This document shows, in pieces, positions 52,761 through 64,000 of a stretch of DNA of 64,000 nucleotides (the stretch's first letter is position 1; every line of letters starts with the position of its first letter). The stretch covers positions 62,370,973 to 62,434,972 of the forward strand of contig NC_068981.1 of assembly GCF_001194135.2 (NCBI RefSeq), read 5' to 3'. The DNA is from Octopus bimaculoides. Taxonomy: Eukaryota. Position numbers and translations under genes: made by a program. The notes below the pieces were generated by a model that saw only the letters and a program-made list of their open reading frames with translations, searched no databases and was not told the origin of the DNA.

Positions 52761-53488
52761 TAAATTTCACACACCCACTCCTTCGCGCGCACATACACAT
52801 ATTACATGTGTGTGTTTGTTCTTTTGAGTGTTTGTGAGCACATTTCCATTTTTAAAATTATTGGAAACACTAGTGTATTCTAGTTTATCTCATTTCTATG
52901 AAGAGTGATTTTATAATTTCTTCTTTGTTATTAGCATTTGTCAAGAACTGTACAGTTCCCAACATCATCATCAATGTTCTAAAACTTAATAGTCTTCTCC
53001 TTTGGAAAAAAAAGTGAGTTTGATGAGGCCAATTTAATTAGCATGTTGACGGAATTTCAAATTTTGGCCATTAGATTTATACTGAAACCTGTCTTTGCCT
53101 TAAAATACTTCTAGGACCGTATTATTCTTTTTTCCCCACAGAAATATTTAGTTACATACCAGTGTTATTATGAATTACAGAAAAAGTGAGCTTCTGAGAG
53201 TTTCTGTGTTATAATCGAGGCTTCATGCACATACGCGAGAAAATGATTTTGGTTCTTCATATTGAAGTTATATTTTCTATTTATGCAAGCGAGTGAAGCA
53301 AGGAATAGTTACTGATTTTAACGCTTGTTTAATAATACCTTAATGCATATGGTCGGTGTAGAACTGCTTATGCAAAATCGTCGAATGATTTTGGCACTTG
53401 AGTTTATAAAAGTATCACGTACTCCACGACTGAAGAGTGTACGCATGAATGTGTGACGCATTTTTAACATTGATGCATATCAAGTGAT

Positions 53489-53530
<42 letters not shown>

Positions 53531-53810
53531 NNNNNNNNNNNNNNNNNNNNNNNNNNNNNNNNNNNNNNNNNNNNNNNNNNNNNNNNNNNNNNNNNNNNNN
53601 NNNNNNNNNNNNNNNNNNNNNNNNNNNNNNNNNNNNNNNNNNNNNNNNNNNNNNNNNNNNNNNNNNNNNNNNNNNNNNNNNNNNNNNNNNNNNNNNNNNN
53701 NNNNNNNNNNNNNNNNNNNNNNNNNNNNNNNNNNNNNNNNNNNNNNNNNNNNNNNNNNNNNNNNNNNNNNNNNNNNNNNNNNNNNNNNNNNNNNNNNNNN
53801 NNNNNNNNNN

Positions 53811-53841
<31 letters not shown>

Positions 53842-53843
<2 letters not shown>

Positions 53844-54920
53844 CAGGTTGCGTAAGGTATTTGAGGACGTACCATTTTGGGGCCATTGATGCATTTTTGC
53901 TAACTCTATATAATCTTTGTTTCAGAAAATAATAATGGCAGGCCCTCAGCGTACTCAAGAAATGAAGAGGCATAATGTTATTGTGGTTATAAAGGCTGAA
54001 CATAGTGATTTAGAAATATCTCGAGTTTTACAAGTTACCAGATCTTTTGTCTTCAAAGTTTCTAAGGAGCTACAGACAGGAGATGGAAACGTAACATCAG
54101 TATCAAAGCATAAAAAACATTGTAAACGCTCTGAAATCAGATCATTAGAACAACTAAATTTATCCAACAAGTTCAACATACCACTGATTACAACCCCAGA
54201 AAATCTATGGGGTCAATTGCGAAAGTTCTCCATGTGTCGGAACGAACAGTCAGAAATGTAGTCCACGAAGACATCAGATATAAGTCTTATGTGATGAGGA
54301 AAGGTCAATTTGTCAGAAAAAGCAAAAGAAAATCATTACATCAGATCTAGAAGGTTCGTAAACAAACTGAAAAATACAGCAGAAAATTTGATTTGGTTTT
54401 TCTCAAACAAGAAAAACTTCGAACAAGATAAACAATTTAACAGAAGAAATGACAGATGGTTATGTGCAGACCCTTCTGAAGTGAAGTTCTAAGTGTTATG
54501 CATACAACATTTCTTGCAACTGTCATGGTTTTAGAGGTTGTCAGCAATGAAGGACATGTGATGCCTCCTTACTTCTTTCCTCAAGGCTTTAGAGTTATTT
54601 CTGCCGCCTACATTGAGGTCCTGGAAATAATTGTTAAGCCATGTATAGAGAGTGTATGCAATGGAAGGCCATATGTGTTTCAATAAGACTCTGCACTATC
54701 ACACAGGCTGTCATAGTCTGAGTAATGTTGAAAATGAACCAGGACCAAGTGATACGATCATATAGATGATTTAGATCTCATATAGAAGCAGTTGTTGAAG
54801 CTGAAGGTAGCCTTATTGAATAACATTACAGAAAACGTTTCTTTTTATCCTAATAGCATTTTTGATAAATAAGGTTATTATCTGTTATTATATATGTTTT
54901 TTTATAAACATTAATCTGTA
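53842..54920 (+). mobile_element. Decayed Tc1/mariner-superfamily element (DD37D/maT-like), internal deletion
   Basis: HSDLEISRVLQV (HTH), WFFSNKKNF..NRRNDRWL, VMVLEVVSNEGHVMPPYFF, YVFQ*DSALSH, SHIEAVVEAEGSLIE*; third catalytic motif missing; TIRs not clearly verifiable. Confidence 0.8.
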
Positions 54921-55440
54921 TCGTCTTGTGAATACTGCTTTCTACGTCCAAAATGCATGGGGTACTTAGTCTTTCATACGTCATTGTGGTTCTCAGATAA
55001 TTCGTTATCAGTCTTAATTTACTGAACGCCTCTCTCCCGAACCACTAATGACCATCATGCTCAATTATATTCTAAGAGTTACTTCAACAGTTTAGGTCTC
55101 AGCAAGCCCTTCATTGTGGACAAAAAGTGCCTGTTGAGATTGGGTAAAATATAACCTCAGCTTACAAGAGGCTGCATACTTCACAAATTCTTCTATGAAT
55201 GCGTTACTAAAATCCTAAGGGAAATTGGTGATGAGTTTCTCACGCTCCCTTACTCATCTCTGAAGGAAGTAAACTACATAATTTCACAACTTTGAACTTT
55301 TCGACTGATGTGAAATGACATTGGAAGTCCTGCATCTGAATTTTTCTTGCAGAAAGGGCAACGACCTCCGAGGATATTGCTAGATTTGCATAATGTGAAT
55401 TTGTATAGCTTATACGTATATACATATGTGAAGATACATA

Positions 55441-55767
55441 AAAAGTAAAGACACTCTTCGGCCATGAATAACCATGGGTACAAGTGCCTCTGAGGTACAA
55501 GTCTGAGCAAGGTTGTTTATTGAAGGCCAGAAGTTGTCTATGCATATCTACCTTACTCTCTCCAGCTACTGAAAATATCCAAGAGAAAGGCAAAGGCCGA
55601 TACAGCTGGGAACCAATGAATCGCAACATATTTCTATAGCTGACTGGATTGGAGCAACGTGAAATAGTGTTTTAATCGAGAATACAACATACAACATACA
55701 ACGGCAATCGAACTCACAACCTCATAATTGTGAACCCAACGCTCTAATCACTGAGCTATACATTCAC
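55441..55767 (-). mobile_element. SINE family D, tRNA-derived
   Basis: Minus: TAGCTCAGTGATTAGAGCGTTGG (A box)...GAGTTCGATT (B box)...CACTATTTCACGTTGCTCCAATCCAGTCAGC core. Confidence 0.7.
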
Positions 55768-55885
55768 AAAAAAAAAATAACAAAATATCAATGCCGCAGG
55801 TGAGGTTCAAACACACAACCTCTACATTTCCCATCCACGACTCACACGCTGAAGGTACTGTCAATAAGTACGGTGAGCTAACCGT

Positions 55886-55945
<60 letters not shown>

Positions 55946-56559
55946 TATGTGTGTGTATGTATGTATTTATATATACATATATATATACACACACACACAT
56001 ATATATATATAATATATACATATATACACACACATACACTCACACACACATATATATATAGATAGATATATACGTATATATAACGACGATGAGGAAAGAT
56101 ACAGGAGACAACATATACACTCAGACAGACACGATCACAGGCAGCATCCACCAACATATGCAGAATACTCTTAAAATTACATCTACTTGAAAATATATAA
56201 TTGTGTTTCCTTCTATTCAGTGTCTATGTAATTTGCGTCTCGTGTAGACTAGCATTAGGCAAACTACTTGCCACCATGTTTTTGTCATAGGTCTTTATCA
56301 AGTGTAATTGATGATATATTTGCGTGTTCAAACAGAATTCGCCATTGTACTCAATGAATGAGTTCAATAATGAATAGAACAGGAATTATATTATCCTCAC
56401 ATACGTTTACACAATTGGAGTAGGTTTTACAAAGATGTTACCAAATTTAAATGAAAGATAATTATTAAGGCAACGGTTTTTATAAATATGAATTCCGACG
56501 GTAACAGACTCACATACGAAACACACACAAGAACACGCAGAGAACACATACATAAAGAT

Positions 56560-56612
56560 ATCTATCTTAGATAGATAAATAGATACATAGATAGACAGAC
56601 AGACAGACAGAC

Positions 56613-56694
<82 letters not shown>

Positions 56695-56800
56695 GCAGGC
56701 AGGAAGGCAGACAAACAGACACACTCAAACACATACAGACACACTCAAACACATACAGACACACACAAACACAGATAGACAGACAGACAGGCAGGCAGAG
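56560..56800 (+). repeat. (AGAT)n/(AGAC)n microsatellite with short tandem duplications
   Basis: Direct reading. Confidence 0.95.
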
Positions 56801-56890
56801 AATTTAAAATCACTTCTCGAACTTTCTAAGACATCTCAACGCTTTTAAAAGGAAACTTCGTTTGTTTGTTTACGTTCATCGTAATTTGAA

Positions 56891-56964
<74 letters not shown>

Positions 56965-57599
56965 NNNNNNNNNNNNNNNNNNNNNNNNNNNNNNNNNNNN
57001 NNNNNNNNNNNNNNNNNNNNNNNNNNNNNNNNNNNNNNNNNNNNNNNNNNNNNNNNNNNNNNNNNNNNNNNNNNNNNNNNNNNNNNNNNNNNNNNNNNNN
57101 NNNNNNNNNNNNNNNNNNNNNNNNNNNNNNNNNNNNNNNNNNNNNNNNNNNNNNNNNNNNNNNNNNNNNNNNNNNNNNNNNNNNNNNNNNNNNNNNNNNN
57201 NNNNNNNNNNNNNNNNNNNNNNNNNNNNNNNNNNNNNNNNNNNNNNNNNNNNNNNNNNNNNNNNNNNNNNNNNNNNNNNNNNNNNNNNNNNNNNNNNNNN
57301 NNNNNNNNNNNNNNNNNNNNNNNNNNNNNNNNNNNNNNNNNNNNNNNNNNNNNNNNNNNNNNNNNNNNNNNNNNNNNNNNNNNNNNNNNNNNNNNNNNNN
57401 NNNNNNNNNNNNNNNNNNNNNNNNNNNNNNNNNNNNNNNNNNNNNNNNNNNNNNNNNNNNNNNNNNNNNNNNNNNNNNNNNNNNNNNNNNNNNNNNNNNN
57501 NNNNNNNNNNNNNNNNNNNNNNNNNNNNNNNNNNNNNNNNNNNNNNNNNNNNNNNNNNNNNNNNNNNNNNNNNNNNNNNNNNNNNNNNNNNNNNNNNAT

Positions 57600-57631
<32 letters not shown>

Positions 57632-57730
57632 ATATATGTGTGTGTATGTATGTATGATGTATGTATGGTTCGTAGCATAAAACTTCTGTATCCGATCCCA
57701 GATTAACTTTGATCAGATTTATTAGCGTGT

Positions 57731-58270
57731 ATGTGATTTGATGTGATTTGTTCCAGTTTCAGCTTATAAGCCATGCTGGGGCACCGCCATTTGGTGTTGC
57801 TACATATTTTTACTTTACTAATTCTTTTTTAGAAATTGACATTTCATGCATGAGGGAGTTTGATGTAGCTGCCCTCATCCGCACTTCCTGCTGTGAAGTT
57901 GGTTCATCTGGGACTCTTGACAGTAAGAGGTCCTGTTTCGTTTTGAAAATGCCTACATTCACCCCATGCAGGTTTCTCAGATCCTTCAGGAGGATATTGA
58001 AGAGCTGTGGTCCCCTAAAGCCCAGGCTGTTGCAGTATCTTGTTCTATATCTTGATGGCAAATTTGGAGTCCTTGGCACTATGCAGTGGCACCCTGTTCT
58101 AGTATTAGTGTAACTCTCGATGCCAAAATTTGGGACAAGTCCCTCCAGGGCATATCTTTCTCACCTACGCTCTAAGGAATAGAGACTTAATTTCTTGAGT
58201 CTTTCCCAGTAGATTATATGCCGCATAGAGGCTATCTTCTCCGTGTAGCTTCGTTGGATTGCCTCACGTG
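57731..58270 (-). mobile_element. CR1-type LINE 3' end
   Basis: Minus: AIQRSYTEKI..YWERLKKLSLYSLERR, RYCNSLGFRGPQLFNILLKDLRNL, RVPDEPT; tail GGCGGTGCCCCAGCATGGC..AAGCTGAAAC, then a 10-bp tandem terminal repeat CAAATCACAT x2. Confidence 0.88.
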
Positions 58271-58426
58271 TTTCATGTGAAGAGATTTTCGCACATGTTC
58301 AAGCGTACCACATGGAAATTTTGGTACACGTGAGGCAAGTAGCAACACCTCCATATGGTAGGGTTGAATAATTATGATGATCTCTACCCATGAATCCATT
58401 GTCTGCCATGTTAACTCGTAAATAAA

Positions 58427-58507
<81 letters not shown>
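58427..58507 (+). repeat. (ATAG)n microsatellite
   Basis: Direct reading. Confidence 0.95.
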
Positions 58508-59529
58508 CATGTTTGCCAATTAACCCGCAAATAAGGTACATAGAGAGATAAATAGAGAGACAGACAGACAGACAAAGAGTAAGTGAGAGAGAGGTGGAGA
58601 CCTTTTGCATAATGTATACACATTAGTAGGAGCCCGTGGTAAATATCATGTATATTTTGTCTCATTACTCACTGATCAGTAACTGTAAACATTATATAAT
58701 TTTTATATCATGTTTCATAATTTATGTTCTCCTACTGTAGACAGTATCTTTCGGCATTTCGTACAGCATTAACGGAGAAAGAACAACGAAAGTGTTGTAG
58801 ACTATAATGGTTCATTTCAAATAAAAATATGAGATGCACAAAGGAATGATACATTAAAATAATATTATCCGTAGCACTCTACTGAAATTCTTATATCATA
58901 GAACAATTACTGTTTTTAGTCAATTCTTTCATTTTACCAATTGTTTGTATAGGATACCCCAAGCGTGTCTGCACAAGTTTTTTTCTGCTTTGTTTTCTCA
59001 TTATCATCTATAATTTATTTGTTTATTTCGCGACTGTCATAACGCTAATATTATAACGATTTCAATTGTGATAGACTTCCTTAAATCTCAAGAGGTACTA
59101 CTATGATTCACTCAGCCACCTTTTGAGTGAATAGAAAGCGGTAAGAAATATATGGGATTGTTTTTTTTGTGTTTGTATATATATTTGCCATATTATTACG
59201 AACATTTGAACAAAAATTAATAATATATTTTTTGTGTTTTTATATTTCATATTTTCTTTATTTACTGCTTGTCTGTGTCAGAACTGTGTGCATCGTGGGT
59301 ACAGAGAATGAGAGAAGCACCATAATTGAAATGTTAAACATTATAAGAATTACAGATTAATTTTTATTCAATCCAAAAGATGTGCCTTATTGTTTTAGGC
59401 GTACAAGCAATCAGCGTAATGGATACTGAGCGAAAGGCTAATGACTCGAATTTACTTCGTAATATCCAAAATTCGACTGGTTGCTATGAGCATTGACAGA
59501 AAAGGAGTTCATTATGTTTTCTTTCTCCG

Positions 59530-59626
59530 CCTCTTCCTTGCTCTCTCCCTCTCTATCTCTCCTTTCTCTCTCCTTCAGTCTCTCCCTCGCTCTCTCTTTT
59601 ATTTCTCTCTCTCTCTCTCTCTCTCG

Positions 59627-59658
<32 letters not shown>

Positions 59659-59680
59659 CTGTCTATTTATCTATCCCTTC
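59530..59680 (+). repeat. (CT)n/(ATCT)n microsatellite
   Basis: Direct reading. Confidence 0.9.
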
Positions 59681-60694
59681 CCATCTGTGTGTTCTTGCAT
59701 TTGATTTGAAATGAAAACCTTAATTCATAAAGTGTTCTCATACGGCAACAATCTTTACACAAACTAGAAACTCTCAAATGTGACAATTGTATCCACTTTG
59801 CTGAAGTTGCCTCCAACCCAGTAGCCGTTAGTTACCACCAATCCTCCTATTAGTAACTGGCAATCAATCTCCCATATAGCAGCCAATATCAGTCAGTATA
59901 AGACCCATCAAGTAGCAGTTAGGGGCAAACACATTTCATCACATGATTTTACTATAGAATTATGAACAACCCTCCTTCGCTATCTAAAAGCAAGCAGCCT
60001 TATTCAGAAACCATTTAAGCTTTGGCATTTCATACAATCATTTGGATTATCAGAAGCTTTCCTCTTAATTACGGGAAAGTAATGATATGCGTTTATGAAG
60101 CAACGTTATCGACAAGTGCTTGTGTGTACATATGCGTGTGTGTATGTATGTATGCTTGTATGTTTGTATGTATACATATATAAAGACATATGTATGCATA
60201 CATACACGCTCCCATGATAAGCAAATAAGAATGGATAGCTCAAATCATCACAATGCAGCCATATTACATGATATTATACAATTCCGTATTATTGCATAAC
60301 CACTCTATTTCCGCAATTGATAATCACGCTTTAATTCGTGAATCCCATTGCATTGTGTGTGTGTGTGTGTATGTGTGTGTGTCTGTGTGTCTGTGTGTGT
60401 GCATGTGGGCGAGCGCGCCGCGTATGTGTGTGTATGATATTTCTCAGCTGTGCTATTTTGTCAAGTGAAAAGTCCCTTTAAGACATAGAAGATTAAAAAT
60501 ATTGTATACCTCAAAACCATATATACATGTCGTTGAGTAAGAGAGTAACTGTGTATATACATATGCATCAATATATGTTTATCAACGCGTGTCTACGTTT
60601 ATGTATACGCTGAAATTGATGAATAGTACCAGTTTAATACACCGTAACTTAATAATTTTGTAGTTTAAAATATTGTAAAATAAGCAGTGGAATC

Positions 60695-60903
60695 TACGAG
60701 TGGGTGCTGAAAACATCTTGGCTTTAAGGGCATCGCGAAGGGCCTGGCTGGAGGCCCAACCCTCCGAGTTCGTTTACAGTGCTTAAAAAAACTGAAGGAT
60801 CGCTGCAATAAGTGTGTGAATCTGAGGGGGTATGTTGAATAAAATCATATTTAACTGATCCTCCTGTATTTTCTTTTATACAATACCAAGAACTTTGCAC
60901 TAT
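60695..60903 (+). mobile_element. Mariner-derived MITE
   Basis: TACGAGTGGGTGCTGAAAACATCTTGG at left; decayed ACCAAGAACTTTGCAC at right; internal LKKLKDRCNKCVNL resembles a mariner transposase C-terminus. Confidence 0.6.
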
Positions 60904-61364
60904 TGGCTAATGTGTAATCAGTGAAACTATTGAAAAATGTTGGCCCAGGATTACCGCAGTTTTATGACAAATACCAGTAAATTAATAAAAGTAATTGTAT
61001 AAATGTTTCTACATGCCCTTATGTGTGTTCTTGTTCGCATAACTATGCGCGTAGCTAGCACATATGTGCATGACGATTGCCTTTTATTCTTCCTCATTAA
61101 AACTAATTTGCGACTGGCAAATGTAAAATGTTCAAATGTCTTCTTTCATTTCCCTAAAACTAGAGTGAGTTCATAGATAAACCTTGGTTATTTTAATTGA
61201 CGGATTACACCCCCACACACATACACCCACAGGATATGTGTGTGTGTCTATATATGTATGTGTGTATGTATGTGTGCGCGCGCATGTGTGTGTATGCGTG
61301 TGTGTGCGAGTGCATACGTATGTGTATGTGTGTGTGTAGCATCTATAAACAGAAAGCTCAAATA

Positions 61365-61600
61365 TTTGATCCACGGCGGCTCCCCACCCATGCCTGTCCT
61401 GTGCTACTCCGCACAGATCTCCAAAGCTTCCGCCACTATTTTCTATGATGCTATCGCTAAACTTGGTTTTAGATCTTCCTCTTGCTCTTTTACCATATGC
61501 TGCATCCATTAATAGGAATTTATCAAAGTTTTGTCTTTTAAGTATATGGCCGGTGGCGGTCCATTGTCTTTTCATGATTGAATTTAACAGTCTTCCTTTC
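61365..61600 (-). mobile_element. RTE-clade LINE 3' fragment
   Basis: GHILKRQ..YGKRARGRSKTKFSDSI..VAQDRHGW, a typical RTE ORF C-terminus. Confidence 0.6.
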
Positions 61601-61831
61601 CACTTAGTCTTTCTAATGATCCGCTCATTAGTTCTTTTATCCGTCCAGCTTTTTCTGAGAATACGTCTAAATTACAATTGTTCAAATTCTTCAATTTCTC
61701 TTTTATCAAATTTCTTCATAAAGCAGTTTTCAGTTCCATAGTCGACTATGCTAAATACAAATGATTTGCAGAGTCGTCTTTTGTTCGCAGTGAAATGACT
61801 TTGTCCTTCCGCATTATGTTCAATCACATAT

Positions 61832-61880
<49 letters not shown>

Positions 61881-64000
61881 TGTGCATGTATCTTTTAGTA
61901 ATCCTGGTTTAACACGCCTTAAAAAATTACTGAAAACACAATATGACACCTTGAAATCAAAGAGTTTGCCGGACGATCAAGGCGAATTGATGACTAATGA
62001 ACAGTAGTAACATGTAACGCGTTAAAGTGTTACGATTGCGAAGTATACAGTGAATTATTTTTAAATGTCTACTTGAGTGCATACTCTGATGATTGAAGAT
62101 AATTATTATTCCTAGGAATATTATTTCAAACACAAGGTGGAATGCATTTCTATTCACATGATTCACAAAACTAATATATTGCGGGAAAATGATATATGTT
62201 TTGGAGCAAAGGATCACGAAAGTTTTCTGAATCCAGTCAAGCCAACACTAAAATTCATACGACTTCATTTTACTACTATTTTCAGTCAGAATGTTTTCCT
62301 CTTTTTTGTCGCGTGCGTAAATGAATACCTAGACCAATCTCTAGCCATCTAAGGTAGCAATTAAAAAACACATAAAATTTTCAACAAAATATTTTTTATT
62401 GAAATATATTAAAATCAAAGCTTCAGTAGATAATAGGTAGGTATTTCAGTAACCATAAAGAATGTGTGATTTGAGATGTCTATCGAAAACAATACAATTA
62501 ACAAAAGTGTTGGACGCGCTAATATTGCACCTACACCAATACTTCCACATACTTCATGAAGCTCACTACAATAACCTGTCTGCAAGAATCATGATCTCTG
62601 TTTTGCAAAATAATAACATAACAATTTCCTAAAGCTGTCCAACCATTTTTCCCATTATCATTAAAAAAACAATTCTACGTTACGCCAATAAACAAAATAA
62701 AAAGTGAAACTTCAAAAAAAATTTCAAAATTGCCCACTGGAACTATTTCCATCAAAGACAGAATTACAATTGAAAATAGTAAATCATGAACATACATAGA
62801 CACTTGAGTAAATACTTTCAAGGAAACCATTGTAGAATATTCTAAAAGATATATCAACGGTAATAAAGAAATATGAAACGCAGTTTACATCTGAAATCAT
62901 TGAACTGATAAGAGAAATATAATAAAAAACAAAAACAGCACCAAACATAGCAAAGAGAAACTTTCTACATAATCAATCTAGTGGTTAGAAATAATAGTCA
63001 GATTTCCTACAAATCACACGCCCCAATAGTTTTTAAAAGGAATGTACGAGTCATTATATTATATCGTCTTAGATGTACTACAGGTGAAAAACGACGGTAT
63101 ATAGATAAAGGCTTGAATGTCTATATTTTTAAATTGCTCAGTCAAGGGTGACTGAGGGCTAAAGAGCAACAAGGATAACAACGATAAAAATAACAGAAAT
63201 AAGTGCAAACATCAAAAAGCTAAATAAGAAAGTGGATCAATCTACTAGTCATTGCAACAAAATCTCTTTCATATCACACACTAGTAAGGACAAGTCTAAA
63301 ACTTAAACAGAATAACCATACCTGGAAATTCTTTGACTATAGGTCTACCTCAAGCCAGGCAAATATGACAAGTAGAAAAGTAACTCTAGCTACTTGAAAG
63401 CAACAATACTATGAATGCAGTTATTTCTCTCCAATTATCCTAAACGAATAATCTCCAGATATTACCCTTCTTCTCAACAATGTCTTCAATCTTTCTCTAG
63501 AGTGACATATCCTGATCTAAGGAAACGCACTAACTTGTAGTCCACCCCTTGTAATCCATCAGATTCTGTCAACTAGACTTTATTACCCTAAAGATGATTG
63601 AAGTAACCATTTCAAATAACCTTCTCCAACTTTTCCTCTTGATGACAACAGATACTGGTTTTGTAAGGCAATATGTACTGGAGACCTATACTTTCCTATT
63701 ATATACCAGATTAATTTGTTACACCCGATATCGGTAAAGCCGATGCATACGCATGATAGTCCAAGGACAAATGCTTAGGCATTCCGTCGTCATATATCTG
63801 GAAAGTGGTAAAATTCAATCTGCTAAAGCGATTAAGAAAGCATACAAAGAAGCAAAAGAGCTACAAAAAGAAAAACACAAAGCACTGTGATAAAAATACA
63901 TCTTACTTCGAATAAGATAGGACCTAGACGAACGAATTTATCCAGAAACTCAAGACACACACACACATATGTATAATATGTGTATATGTAATTATATATA

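Noticed and set aside
55050-55420. Possible mariner C-terminal relic (ILREIGDEFLTLPYS)
   Set aside because: Too degenerate to support beyond one motif.
63380-63700. Possible RTE 3' remnant on the minus strand
   Set aside because: Only faint motif similarity by eye.

Overview
AT-rich, microsatellite-laden animal genomic DNA with 13 N-gaps, almost all abutting (TA)n/(TG)n runs. The SINE repertoire resembles what I recall from octopus, which is an inference and not a database result. I found no host exon, rRNA, tRNA gene or CRISPR array; every recognisable coding remnant is a decayed transposable element. These comprise Penelope-like elements (PLEs), CR1-type, RTE-type and Tx1/L1-type LINEs, about eight Tc1/mariner relics and four tRNA-SINE families. 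The standout signal is RNA-level: about a dozen type I hammerhead-ribozyme (HHR)-like motifs of several sequence families. Most lie in four separate elements that share one architecture, an inverted pair of outward-pointing pseudo-LTRs (2.1-4.0 kb, 16.8-17.8 kb, 31.8-33.1 kb, 46.9-48.1 kb). The last has no recognisable ORF and is a 487-bp tandem unit with one HHR per unit (retrozyme-like). Two CR1-type LINE ends also share their 3' tail with the main SINE family. All alignments and RNA folds were done by eye.
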